This document shows, in pieces, positions 47,957 to 61,011 of a DNA stretch of 64,000 nt. The notes beneath the pieces are model-generated. The model was not told the origin of the DNA and ran no database searches. It saw only the letters and a program-made list of their open reading frames with translations. The number at the start of each line of letters is the position of its first letter. The first letter of the stretch is position 1. The translations under genes and the position numbers were made by a program. The DNA comes from Felis catus (lineage: Eukaryota), in contig NC_058368.1 of the NCBI RefSeq assembly GCF_018350175.1, positions 167,588,001 to 167,652,000 of the forward strand, written 5' to 3'.

Positions 47957-50900
47957 CACCGGAGCGCAAGGCCGCGCGCGTGAACGTGGACGTGGGCGGC
48001 GCGGTGATGGGGGGGGGACGCCCAGGCGTGTAGCGCAGGGCACGGGGCAGGCGGGCGGCGCGAGCTCGGGTGTGAGCTCCGGACCTAGCAGGGGGAGGCG
48101 CCGCCAGCCCGCGCCCAGCCAGCGCTGCTGCCGCCGCGGCCCGGGTCATGTGGGCTGCTTTTTTTTTTTTTTTTTTTTCTCCCTTCCCTCCCCAAGCAGT
48201 TTACTTGGAAAGCGGGGGGTGGGGTGGGTGGCTGGAGCAGCCAGTCAGGGAACGGCCTGCTGTTTGCTTACAGGTCGAGGTTTTTTCCTCTCTCTTCACT
48301 CCAACAGGATTGGTTTGTTCCACGAGAAAGAGGCGTTTTCTTAATCTCCTCCCTTCCCCACGCCTCCTATCCCCCTCCCCGGCCCCACCTTCCAGAAACC
48401 TGACTAATTGAATTACTGGGAGTGCCGAGGCGCCCTCTCCTCCGCCCGAACCCAGCAGCCGCGCGTAACCCTTTGGATGCTGAATTCCGTCTGGGCTGAG
48501 GAATGATTTGACATCTTTTTACCTGAGAGTGAGGTCTTTCAGTTACAGTGGGATCGGTTCCCACCCTGTAGCCGGCGAGCCAAAATCTGTCTCCCAGGCC
48601 CCGCAGGTGACATGAAGTCCCAGCAGACAGACTGGCAGGGAGCCTTAATGAATACGTGTTCTTGTAAATCTGTGCCCTGTTCACAACGTGCATTACCCGG
48701 CGCTGGGTTATCTTGGAAACCTGAGCTTCTCTCAGGTGCCTTTCAACTCGCCTCTTCCTACCAGGGACTTAAAGGTTCACGAACAGGAAGCAAGACTTTT
48801 CTTTACAGTGATGCTCTGAAAACACGTTTGGTTTTTTTTGTTTTTTTTTTTTTTTAATTTTTAATTTTTTTTTTTTTTATTGAGAGAATCACAGTATAAA
48901 GTGATTACAATTCAATGCGATCCTTCAGAAGGAAGGAAATGAATGCGGCAGGGGAGTCCATCAGAAATACCTTACACCTTTTGCATTTCAACCCCGAGGT
49001 TGCTTCGCTGCCCACTCCCCGAAGGATAAAGTCTTTGAACGAACCCTATGCGGGAAGAATCGGAGGTCGGGATAGGAGTTGCTTTATTATTGGAAAAGGC
49101 CTCGCGTTCCCGGACCTCTAGAGCAGGTTGCAGCGCCTTGGTCCCCGGCGGCCACCGAAGTACGATCGCTTGACAGAGAGACAGTCCCCGGCGCTTCGGG
49201 ACGCGTCCTCCTGTCCTCTAGCGCCCGGGAAGACAGCCCGGAGCCCGGCGCTCTAGGGCACCAACCCCTGGAGACTTGCCCTTGCGGGGCTCCGAGGGCT
49301 CGGGCCTTCATGATATTATTCCCTCCCGCTCTCTAGGGAGTTTGCTGCCTCTGTGGGAAGGGCTGATCCCAAGAAAGCAAGCAGTTTAGTTTTGCTTTCA
49401 AACCTTCCTGTTTCTCCCTTTACTTATTAGCCCAATAAAATCAAATATCACGTCCTCCCTCCTGTCTTTACAGTTTTTCTAACTCAGACTTGCCAGGCGC
49501 TTCGAAGCTGTTTGGAAGCGTCCAGACGCCCTCCAGTGGTGGGCCTGAAGTCCGCACCCAGCGGGGGTATTGCCTGCAGCTCAGCCCGGATTGAGTTCCA
49601 TGGAGAAACTGGGGTCAAGATCAGTAACGACTTGAAGAGAAAGCAACAGCTCACATCGGCATGGAACTACCTGGACGTAATGAGCTCTTGCCTAAAAGTT
49701 GAGTCGTTTCTCAGTTGCAGAAATTTTTCCTACCTGAAAAGATCCTGAAATTTTCCTAGGAAAGTAATTCCTCTATTTATGACTAGGTATAAATTGCACC
49801 CTGTGTAATTATAGACTTCGTGACAGACCACCCCAACAAACCAACCACCTTCCTAATTAAAAAAAAAGAAGAAAATTCGGTGTATTAACACAAATGTTTG
49901 TCTGCCATTTGTATATTTCACAAAAACTCCAGGAGTGAGAAAGAAGTTGGAAAACCAAAGCCAGTAGATTGAAGGATAAGCAGTTAGTTTTTAAATCAAA
50001 TTTTTATTTAAAACTTTATTTACAACACCCCCTCATGCCCCCCCCCCCGCCCCCATCTGTAATCTTGCTGATGTTCAAGTACCTGGCCTGTTTTATGGTG
50101 CATTTGTTTTTTTCCTTTGCAGGGATGATGCATCTCTTAGCCTTTCTGAAGGAGCTGTACTAAGTGCTCAGATGACTGAGGCAGTTTTGCAGGAAATGTT
50201 CTGGACTCTTTTAAGGGACATGTGTAGCTTTAGGAAGAAGAGAATTCACACTCCTGTCTTGGGGAAAATGCTGATCCTCATCAGAAAGTCTTTTTAGTCA
50301 GGGAAATATCAGGTATCAGGGAGTTAGCAAGCTGGCTTCCTGTGGTGTCAAAGCCAAAGGACTAAAGAAAAAGAAATTATATCCAGTTATTTCTATTTGA
50401 AACTCATACTGCAAATGTGAAAATTCAACATATCAAAAGAACATAGATGTCCTAATATTTTCAATATCTCTAATTTGCTTAAAGTCCGGATAATCCAATT
50501 TTAAACAGAAAAAAAAAATCATACGTTATGGTCTTAAAATGATTCAAGGAGTTGGAATAAAAGATACTGGAATTTACAACTGTTTCAGAATATAACTCAA
50601 ATGTCTCTGTAAAATAATTCATAAAACAAATGCCTCCTTCTGGGATGATATACCTAAGTAATTATTGTTATTGGAGTAACTAAGCAGCAATGTGATAGAT
50701 ACATACTTAGATAGAAGGACTTTGAAGAGCTGCACTTTGAAGACCATACATTCATCGCTGGACAATTTGACTTTGTCTCTTCAGGGAAATATTTAAGTGA
50801 TTTGAATTTATACAAATCAGTATTGTATAAAATAGCCATATTATGATCGCCCCAGTGTTACATGGCAGTGACTCTTAATCAGGCTTAATCAGGTAAATAG

Positions 50901-51246
50901 CATTCTGCCAAGTGTAGAAGAAGGTTGAGTTATGACAGAAAGAAAACAGCAAGTGAAATACCTGGAGGAATAAAAGGGTGGCGAGTGTTCCAAAAGCTTT
51001 GCATTAACAAGACTTGAATGGGGTTGTAAGGAGCTGAGACCTGAAAAGTCTGTTAAGAATGGACTGTAAGAGGATTTAACTGCAATCTTAAAATGTTTGA
51101 ATTTACAGCTACAGACAACCAAATGTACTGGTGGTTTTAAGACAAATAGCAAGCAAGTATCATTACATCTCAAAATACAAACGGGTGGATTTATTTACAT
51201 GCTTGTTTATGTATTTATTCATTATTTTGGCCTTGAACTATCTAGA

Positions 51247-51398
51247 TTGGTGTTCTAATCTTGGCTACAAATTAGAGTCACCTAGGGAGCTTTTTTAAAA
51301 AGAATACCATCAGGGCCTCACTTCCTGTTCCCACTTTTCTGTAATTTTTAGAAGCTCTCCAAGGAATTCTAAGGAGCATAGAGAACTGAGAATCACTG
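51247..51398. mobile_element. MER5B-like hAT-Charlie MITE
   Basis: 'cttggctacaaattagagtcacctagggagcttttttaaaa..aagctctccaaggaattctaa..tgagaatcactg'. Confidence 0.7.
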
Positions 51399-51566
51399 AA
51401 CCAGGTAATTTATTTTTACCTTAACTACTTTAGGATTTCAGGCAGAAAGTAAGTTCTATACTTATTTGTCTAAAATGTTTCAACTAACCATCAAGGCAAG
51501 AATGTTGATATTTTAGAGAACTGAACTTTATGATCCTCTCTATTCAAATGAAGTGATCCTTTCACA

Positions 51567-51770
51567 GGCACCTGGGTGGCTCAGTGAATTAAGCATCTGA
51601 CTTCAGCTCAGGTCATGATCATGGTTCCTGAGTTCACACCCCATGTCAGGCTCTGAGCTTACAGTTCAGAGCCTGGAGCCTGCTTCGGATTCTGTGTCTC
51701 CCTCTCTCTCTGCCCCTTCCCTGCTCATGCTCTGTCTCTCTCTCAAAAATAAATAAACATTAAAAATAAT
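51567..51770 (+). mobile_element. CanSINE (SINEC_Fc-type)
   Basis: ggcacctgggtggctcagt head, full body and aataaataaacattaaaa tail. Confidence 0.94.
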
Positions 51771-51928
51771 AATAAAATAGTTTTCACATGGCAGGAAAGA
51801 GAATGCCATCTCCAAGATGATATGGGTTAATCTTTCTTGGACTAGTTTGGTTGAAGTAGAGTTCTGCTGGGTCAAGTGTCCAGATGAATAAACGAAACAA
51901 GCTGGTAAATCAAACCCCACAGTCCACA

Positions 51929-52150
51929 GGGGTGCCTGGGTGGCTGTCGGTTAAGCATCCGACTTCAGCTCTGGTCATGATCTCGCGGTCCGTGAGTTCG
52001 AGCCCCGCATCGGGCTCTGTGCTGACAGCTCAGAGCCTGGAGCCTGTTTCAGATTCTGTCTCCCTCTCTCTCTGACTCTCCCCCGTTCATGCTCTGTCTC
52101 TCCCTGTCTCAAAAATAAATAAACATTAAAAAAAAAATTAAAAAAAAAAA
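51929..52150 (+). mobile_element. Fairly young SINEC_Fc-type SINE with perfect 18-bp TSD
   Basis: TSD CAAACCCCACAGTCCACA at 51911-51928 and 52153-52170; several CpGs retained. Confidence 0.96.
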
Positions 52151-54971
52151 CCCAAACCCCACAGTCCACAGACTAAGCAACTCTTGCTTAATACAGTAAG
52201 TTAGAACTGACCCCCAGAAGATATAATAAAGGAAATAAACTCAAGAATAAAGATTAAGGAAATAACAATTAGACACAAAAATTTCTAACAGATGACTAAC
52301 ATAATGGTATTTAAGCTAACCCTGCTATTTAACATCCTAGAACATTGAGGATTCATTCCAAAGCCCCAAGAAACCCAGGTTCTATCACCAAACTGTCACC
52401 CAGTTATCCTGCCTGTACACTGAAGTTACTTAATAAAGACTTTACCCCTCCTCACAACTTTTTATAACCAGTTTCTCAGAATCTTTAGAAATAACTACTT
52501 GCTAGCTTCTCTCTCCTTGGAGACCTACGGAAATGCTCCTTTTCTATTTCTAATCTAGGTGTCTCTTCTGTGTACAACCTAAAAGGAAAAAAAAAATAGA
52601 ACAAAACAAAACAAAACAAAAAAGCTGTCTGCTAGAGTGCTGCGTCTCTACCTTCCGTCTTGTGACCAACTTCCATCATGAATTTTCCCCTTTTCCTCAT
52701 TCTTTCTTTACTTTGCTGGTGCTTCCTGGAGTTTGTTTCATAGCATCCCTTCTCTTAAAGTCTCAGGATAAGTAGAAGCAGTTTTACAAGTTGCTGCAAT
52801 ATTCTGAAAAAGGCATTTGAAAATTTTTTTTATTTATGAACTGTTGTTGTTTTGCCTGTTTCAAAACATAGGTTAAATAAGATCCACCTAGCCAACTTTT
52901 TAAACATACAGAAGTTTGGGCAATCATTTTGATAAACAACTAAACTATATAATTAGACACATATGTAAATATGTGTTATATTCCTGCATATCACAAATGA
53001 GTATGTGCTTACATGTAATTTAAAAAGAAGCAAACAAGAACTAGTTGATTCAACCAATTTCCACATCACTTTTTGTTATCTAAACTTCACTCTGTATACC
53101 ATAGAGTTATGTGACCGGTTTTCAACCATAAAGCTAAAATTGGTAGGTGATTTTATTCCCGGAGGAAATTTTCATGGTGTCTTTACTATTGGAACTGTGT
53201 GTACCTTTCACTCTCCTGTATTTCCCCCCTTCAAATTTTTAAATAAAAATCACAAAATAAAATGTATCTACATTTTACAAATCAAATCCATCAACCAGCA
53301 TAAAGTATACTGTCCTAAAATGTTCTTTGTGAATTGTTAAATAATACCACATTCTTTGCTTAAATGAATATACATGACAATGAATGTATATCACCAAAAA
53401 AAGTTTGTATTCATATTTTATTACAATGGCAATCATAGACATCTATAGCATAGCTTTATTTAAATAAAAATAATACAAATAACCTATTCAAAAACAAAGT
53501 TAATCTGTGCTTTTTCTCTGTATTCACACTGATAATTAGGATATGTTCATCCCATCAGCCCCATCTACCATCATCCAAAAAGCAAGTAAGTATGCACTGT
53601 TATATTCTTTTACTTGTTTAGAGACTCAAAAGAAGCTAAAGTACCTTTATTGTTTATTTCATATATATGTTTAGCATATATAGAAACATGTAAATATAGA
53701 TAAAGAGAGACAACTTGTTTTTTAATCAATTTTCACCCAAGACTTTTGTCAACTTCTGGGAGAATTGTGTTTAAATACAAGTAAAAGATACAACCCTTAG
53801 TCAGTGAATATGATTTCATAAAATAGGAAATGCTGTCTCTAAGCCCCTTTTTAGCTTGGGCCTTACTTTTCCCCCTTCCAGATCTAAACTGGCTGAGCAA
53901 AGCAAAGTGTAGAATTATGGCAAATTAAGAAACTCTTTCCTCAAATTATATGCATTTTTTCAGATAAAAGTGGAGGGATTTGGGTCCTCATATTTTGGAA
54001 TGTGGATTTTGCTTTGTAGTCACCTAAAGAATTGTGTCAGGAGGTTTCTTGTTTTGTTTTTGTTTTGTTTTTTTGTGGTTTTTGTTTTGTTTTGTTTTCA
54101 CTTCTCTTGGCCACCTTAGAAATAATCTTTTAAAATATACTATTAATTTTAGGAGAAAAGTGTCCTTTTACAGCAAATTTATAACTCTATTCTGAGACTT
54201 CCAAATACCTTATGCCAACATTATAAATTTTATTGTGATGTGGTAAAGTTACAGTTAAGGTACAATTCTTTAAAAGCATTTAATAGTTATAAAGCTGGTC
54301 ACCATAGGAACCACTATAACTTAGGATCTTAGAATGTCAGATGATAATGCAGAGGATTCTTGGCCAAAACTTCTTTTAAATGAGAAATATCTAACTGAAT
54401 TGGTCATTTCTAAACTCAAGTCTGGGGAGGAAAGTGTGCTCTTAAAATGATAGCCTTCTAATCAGAGATGATCATTCTCCATTTCTGTTAGTCTACCTTT
54501 TTTTTTTTTTTTTTTTTGGCATATGCTGTCTACTAAATTAAATAGGATTTATTGGCCAGCTAGATTCTGAATTGCTCTCTTTTCCTGTGGATTAGGAGAG
54601 TGCATTTCTTAGCCCTTTTCCTTGAAATCCACCTGGATCTTTTTATGTGGACTATCTAGTATTCTGCACACTTCCAATGCTTAATAAATATTACATTACA
54701 ATATTAGCATAATAATAAATCATCTTAAAGTACTACATGGGCTATTAAGTGAGATCCTATTCAGTTTGAGCCAAGATATCAAAAAAGTTTTATTTTCTCT
54801 ATACGCATACAAAGTAATTTTAAGACTCTCTTTCCATGAAATGCCCTTGCATCCATAAGATGTCTACATATTAAAAAGTGAAGTGTTGAAATGTGCATCT
54901 TCCAGTTATGTATTTAATTTGTTCAGTTTATTAAGGGACCTGAATTTGCAATTTTAATAAGAAGAAACTTC

Positions 54972-55137
54972 GGGGCGCCTAGGGGGCTCAGTCAGTTGAG
55001 CGTCCGACTTTGGCTCGGGTCATGATCTCAAGGTCTGTGAGTTTAGCCCCGCGTCGGGCTCTGGGCTGACAGCTCAGGGCCTGGAGCCTGCTCCGGATTC
55101 TGTGTCTCCCTCTCTCTCTGCCCCTCCCCTACTCATG

Positions 55138-55174
<37 letters not shown>

Positions 55175-55206
55175 AAAAATAACTAAACATTAAAAAATTT
55201 TTTTTA
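54972..55206 (+). mobile_element. SINEC_Fc-type SINE with expanded (CT)n
   Basis: ggggcgcctagggggctcagtcagttgagcgtccgact head. TSD aagaagaaa(c/t)tt at 54959-54970 and 55207-55218. Confidence 0.95.
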
Positions 55207-55625
55207 AAGAAGAAATTTAAAATTGGGCAGACAAAAATAGAAATAGTGCCATTTGTCAAGTAAATGCCCTTTTCCCAATGGCAATTGTAAAATCTTTATA
55301 CAAGATTACCAGGCCAACACCTAGGTAGTGTTCCTTTCCAGTAAGAAGTTCTGTTTTGTCTGGGATTGGTTGTGTCACACAGACCTAGAGTAACAGCCAC
55401 TGAAAACATGAGGATTTTCTTTACAGTTACAGAAACAAAAGTGAAGCCAAAAATATTCAATTACTACAATCTCATCCTAACTGGTTGCTTTGAGATAGGT
55501 TCTAGTTTGAAACTTCCAACAAGGCAAAAAAATGAAAATATTTCTCCTTCCAAAGGTATTGTTTGTATATGGTACATTTTATCTACCTATATGTAAAACA
55601 AAGAGGATAAAAATGATGCATCATC

Positions 55626-56128
55626 TGTGGTGGACAGCAAAATGGCCAATGTTCTTGCCCTGTTACAATATAACTTTGTAGTTCACCTTTCCCATCAATA
55701 GATGGAGTCTGTTTTTCTACTCCTTGAATCTGAGCTGACCCTGTGGCTTGATTTGGCTAACAGAATGTAGCAGAACAATGTTTTGCCAGTTTTGAACCAT
55801 GCCTCAAGAGGCATTCAATTTTCCACACTTTATCTAGGAACCCTGCCTAATTACCATGTGGACAAGCCAAAGCTAGCCTTCTGGTTGATTAGAGACACGT
55901 AGCTCCTTTACCGGCATGGTCCCTACCAATCCCCAGAAGCAGAGCTATCTAACTGATTGGCAGCTGCCAGCAGATGCATGAGAAATTCCCAGCTGAGGCT
56001 AGAAGAACTGTACAGCTGAGCCCAGCCTATACTGCCAACTCACAGAATCATGTTCTGAACAAATGGTTCTTGTTTTAAGCCAATAAATTTTGGGGTGGTT
56101 TGTTATACAGCAATAGATAACAGCTACA
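55626..56128 (+). mobile_element. ERVL-MaLR solo LTR (MLT1H-like)
   Basis: TG...CA termini and the MLT1 end 'tgttttaagccaataaattttggggtggtttgttatacagcaatagataac'. 5-bp TSD tcatc/tcttc. Confidence 0.88.
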
Positions 56129-56315
56129 TCTTCTTCTTAAATTATTGGAAATAAAATTTTTAATACTATTCAGCCCAAGTATATGTTATTCTTTTACAAC
56201 TTTGATTTCCATTACTGAGGTACTTGGTGTTAAATCTGTAATTGGCAATCAGAATTTCCCAAATATTTCTAACAGGAATGTTTCTTTCTCCTACTTTACA
56301 AATTTCATAGAGATG

Positions 56316-56361
56316 ATTCTTCTTCTTCTTCTTCTTCTTCTTCTTCTTCTTCTTCTTCTTT
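56316..56361 (+). repeat. (TTC)n microsatellite, about 14 units
   Basis: Read directly from the sequence. Confidence 0.95.
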
Positions 56362-57559
56362 TACCAAAAACTTAACCTGGGACCCTAAATGAACACAATT
56401 CACATTCAGGCCCTTCTGATCCTCTTAGGATAATGCCATTTGGTTAGAAGAGCAAACCTGAGCAGATGATTTGCCTGGAGATAAATCATTCTTCTTCTAA
56501 GAACATGGTGCCCAGCAGGAAAAATGAAAAGGTAAAATCAAAGGAAGCTATGACTAGCTTCATCTCAAATCTCCACATCACTCACGACTATTGATTTAAC
56601 ATCATGGCACCTCCATATTTCAGCAGGAGGATCTGCCACGAGACAGAAGCTGTAGTGACCCTGTAAGGGTCATCTCGCTGTCAACCTCAAATTACAACAT
56701 CTCTGCTTTTGGCTGACAGCCATGGCAAGGGCAGGGGAAGCACAGCTCTTTCTGTAGATAGAATAGATGTGTTTCAAGGAAGTGAGATACAAAGTGAAAT
56801 TGTATATATCGAGTCTTATCTTCCTGTAAAGTTCTAAGTGGGAGGAGGGCTTTGTCAAGGTCCCTTAGGTGTGCTCCCTCTAAGTCTGGTTACTAGCCCA
56901 GCCTTATAATGTGCACCATGTAGGGTGGAGAGTAATCCAAAAACCCAAAGTTGTCTTTTCAGCATTCATTGTATTTTCATCCTCCACAGAAACCAAACCA
57001 TTGACCACCCTTCCTTCCTGAGACTTTCTTATCCTTTGTTGTTTGTTATTCCATGTTTTCAGAATCCTCTTTTTTCATCTCCAACTATATTTTTCTGGCT
57101 GTCAACTATGAGTCACAGCCCAATGCCAGGCACATAGTGAATACTTAGTATTTGTGGAATGAATATCCATTCCTAAATATAGGTGTTTTCCCTAGCAGTT
57201 TTTTCCTTCTTCCCTAACATAATCTTTAATAATTGCATTCATACTCTCAGCTCCTATGACAGTCTCTTTATGGAAGTCTCCCAAGCCTTAGCTTTAGGAT
57301 CTAATGCTTTCCATCATCAGACCCACACTCCCAGCCTTCTCATTTACTTTTCTACATGACTGTACTCCAATACCTCCAAACCAGCAAGCCCCAGAAGTGT
57401 ATCTGCTCATTCAATATACCCTTTTCCTGGCACTACTGGTCTCTAGCATGCCAAAGTCAGGATACAGCCCATCATCAGTTCCCAAATGAGAACTGCTAGC
57501 TGACAGACTTGATAAAGCAGAGGACTCAATATTCCGTGAAGAATGCAAAAATTAGTTTC

Positions 57560-58222
57560 CTAATTTCTCATTTCTGTATCATGTTGGCTTCTAACTGGTC
57601 TCGGCCACCCATTCTTAGCCCTGTCCAATACCTGCTTTGTTCTGCAGTTAGAGTGATCTATTCCACAGAGAAACAGAGGTCAACCTCCACCACTTAAAGG
57701 CTTCACATGCCTCACAAAATAAAGATAAAATTATCAATATGTCTATCAAACCCTGCATAAGCTGATGCCTCCCTTCCTCTCTAACCTCATCTCATAGAAC
57801 CCTCCTCACACTCACTAACTCCAGCTACTCTGACCTTCTCCCATGTCCTTGAAGAAGCCATGCCTTTCCCTGTCTCTGGGTCTTTGCTTATGCTTTCCCC
57901 TTTGCCCAAAACATTTAGGCTCCCACCAGTTTAACTTGTATTCATCCTTCAAATCGCAGCTCAGATGTCACTTCCTTGGGGACAGCTCTTCAGATCACGT
58001 AGAATAGAGGAGGATTCCTCCATATACCCACACGGCACTGAGTTTCTTTCCGTTGTACTACCTGTCTCCTGATTTAAATCGTGTATTTGTGTGGCATTAT
58101 GTCTGCTTCCTCTTCTAGTCCTATTGTTCAGGATCACCTCTCCAGAGCTCAGCATTGTACCCAGCACATAGTAGACTCTGTTAATATATATGGAATGAAT
58201 GAATGAATGAATGAATGAATGA
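57560..58222 (+). mobile_element. L2 LINE 3' portion ending in (GAAT)n
   Basis: 'cagctcagatgtcacttcctt', 'cagcattgtacccagcacatagtagactc' and tail 'gaatgaatgaatgaatgaatgaatgaa'. Confidence 0.82.
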
Positions 58223-58707
58223 AAATACCATACCAGTACTGACACTGTGTTTTCCTGCGTGGTTTCTGTGAGGAACCAGATCTCAGAGTTATACACAGGC
58301 AGTGGGGATAAGAGGGAGGAAGTCAAGGGCCTCTAATGGATTCAGAAATGAAGGATTTCCCTTGAAAGTTTGAAGAAGAGAAGCTCCGTACAACAAACGC
58401 CAGCAAAAATATATAAAACGAACCTTAAGGAACGTGTTACCTAGAGCCAGACCTAACTTAAGGTCTCTCCATTTCTAAAGAAGGAATATGCCAACCTCAA
58501 AGGGAGCCAGTCAAAAATGGAACAAAGGAAATGAAATGAACTGAGGCATATTAGCAGTTCTAATCCCCAAGTAGTGATGGGGGTAGGGGTTGGCAGGTAA
58601 ATCCAAAGGACTCCCCCCAGTTATCTCCGCACAACACCATTTAACCCACATAATGTCCTCCTTTGCTCTGAGGTCACCAAACTTAATAATTTGCCTCCCG
58701 TGTAGCT

Positions 58708-58850
58708 TGACATTCATTCATTCATTCATAAATTTATTAAGCATCTAATAATAATATTCTATATCTTGAGGATACAGTAATTAGCAAGACAGAGTTGGTC
58801 CCTGCCTTCATGGAGCTTAAAATACAGTCTTTTCAAATGACAAGAAAGCA
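58708..58850 (-). mobile_element. L2 3'-end fragment
   Basis: 'cattcattcattcattcataaatttattaagcatcta..gtccctgccttcatggagctta'. Confidence 0.78.
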
Positions 58851-60309
58851 ATAAAAGTGTTGGGTTCCAAAGTGGACTCACACTGCCCACTTGCCTAAAA
58901 TCCTTTCTTTGGAGAACCTCTCCTTCTCTCATCCTTCTGATCCTGATGAAGCTATCCACTGCCACAAATAATATAGCATGCTACATCAACACTACACCCC
59001 TATCACCAGTATAGGGTCAATCAAACAATCAGGGTTCTTGCTAGTTTTGTAAATGGAGTTGGGATTAAGAAGGCTTCTTTGGGGATTTTGAATTATGTAG
59101 ATATAGATTCAGGGCTGACAGCAACCATCTTTCCTACTCTGGGAAGTAGGACTGCTAAGCTTTAACAAATAAGACTACAACAGGATCCGTCTGGATGTTT
59201 TGCTAAGAATCCAAGGGGGAGCAGAAACAGAGAGACCATCAGAAGGCCTCATGTTAAAGATGGAATCTGTTCTCAAACAGTTGCTATTATCATTAATTAC
59301 ATCATATGTATATTAGATAAGTTCTGTATGTCAGGATTTCAGGATTACTATATACTTTCTTATTTTTAAATTAATTTTTTTTTTCTTTCCTTAGTAGCAC
59401 CTGACTTTGAAGCCCAACACCACATGGTTTCAGGCTAAGGACATGGTAATGGAGATATTTAATATCAATAAATGATCCTTCTCCCAGGATTTTTGTTTTA
59501 GAAGCATCCAAGAAACAAGAAGGAAGATTTTAAACATCATCCTTGTTCCCTGATGTCACAAGTCAAGAAACAAACCCCCTGCAGCCAGAGGGCAATTTGG
59601 TTGCTGGTTCCTGTGCAGGTGAATTATGGCTTAACGAATAACAAAAAAATTTGAATTACTAAATAACTTACACTGAAAAAAACAAGAAGGGAGGAAAGAT
59701 GCATGAGCTTAGGGAAAGGATTTTATAATGTACCCCAGTCGACTCAATGATAAATGTACATAATTAATCATAGACACCATTTTGGCAAATGATATTTTTA
59801 AATGATAGAGGCAATTATCTGTACAATTACATATGCACAGGAATGCATTATTTTCTGACTTTCAACAAGCAGCTTACCTTATAGAATAAGTAAGGAAGAG
59901 TCTTACTCACCTAATTTAGCATCCTAATTTGTAACCTCAATCTAAAGAGGACTTTTTCTGGTACTTAGAGGAGGTTCAGAAAGGAATATAATGATACTGG
60001 TATCTTGGTTCCACTATTAATATCTTTGTGTACTATTTAATCACATAAGCTTCAAACCACAAAATATAAGTTATATATTCTCTCTCCTGCACTCTTTAAA
60101 GGAATAAAATAATTTTCCAAATGGCTTTCCAGTAAATATCATGGAAACAAATAGAGAAACTTGTGGGAATGAAAAAATATTTGCTACTCTATACTAAACT
60201 ATTCTCTCTAGTGAAATGAGAGAGAAAATTTCAACAACTATGGTAAGCAATGGTGTTTTTTTTAAACACAGACTCTGCTGTTTCTTTAGCTTGATGGTCT
60301 TATCTATAA

Positions 60310-60575
60310 AGTCCGTATGGCATGGTGAAGGGGTCAGTGTGGACTCAGACAAATGTAGTTACAAATCTGGCCCTGCAATTTACTATGATTGTAACCTCGA
60401 TAACCTCGAGCAAGTTCCTAACATTGCTAAGCCTCAATTTCTTTGTAAAAGTGAGTCTGATCGTAGCAATCTTATAAAATATGCTGTGAGCAGTACACAA
60501 GATCATGTTTATCAAGTAACTGGGCTAACATCAGGGATTCAACATGTGTCCAGTTCTGTGGGTGTCATTAATGTT
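60310..60575 (+). mobile_element. MIR SINE
   Basis: 'ggactcagacaaatgtagttacaaatctggccctgcaatttacta..gcctcaatttctttgtaaaagtgag'. Confidence 0.7.
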
Positions 60576-60720
60576 AAGTCCTCCCCTCCAATGAAGTTCT
60601 TTAATATCTTATCCTTCTAAAATAAATCATGTCATCCTATCAGTCACTCATTCTACCACGTGTATTGAGTGCTGTGCATATATACAAGATGTCAGGATAT
60701 AAATGAAAGTCATTTTTGAA

Positions 60721-60907
60721 TTTTTTTTTCATGTTTATTTATTTTTGAGAGAAAGAGAGACAGAACATGAACAGGGGAGGGACAGAGAGAGAGAGAGACA
60801 GAATCTAGAGCAGGCCCCAGGCTCTGAGCTGTCAACACAGAGCCTATGCGGGGCTCAAACCCACAAACTGTGAGATCATGACCTGAGCCGAAGTGGGATG
60901 CTTATCG
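60721..60907 (-). mobile_element. 5'-truncated CanSINE
   Basis: Reverse body ends at 'gaagtgggatgcttatcg' and lacks the first ~20 nt. Diverged TSD aatgaaagtcatttttgaa / aataaaagtcattttgga. Confidence 0.93.
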
Positions 60908-61011
60908 AATAAAAGTCATTTTGGATATAAGTAGGGAAAAGGTGGATTATTCAGAAAAAGGGTTGGAGTGACTGGTTGGTAATTTCTATCTCTAACTCAC
61001 ATGGCCTAAAA

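Larger units (their letters stand above)
44630..49600. promoter_or_regulatory. Large CpG island and TATA-less promoter of EFNA5
   Basis: Abrupt shift from AT-rich, CpG-depleted DNA to GC-rich DNA with dense CpG and GGCGGC/GC-box motifs, spanning exon 1. Edges estimated by eye. Confidence 0.92.

Noticed and set aside
47750..47983. PolyQ-polyP ORF resembling huntingtin exon 1
   Set aside because: No ATG, no HTT N17 sequence and no similarity outside the repeat. Kept only as a DNA repeat.
44587..49336. Many overlapping 80-204 aa ORFs on both strands
   Set aside because: Expected from stop-codon scarcity in GC-rich DNA. They are Pro/Arg/Gly/Ala low-complexity and many start at GTG/TTG. Only the EFNA5 frame is recognisable.
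56145..56375. Poly-Leu ORF
   Set aside because: Translation of the (TTC)n microsatellite.
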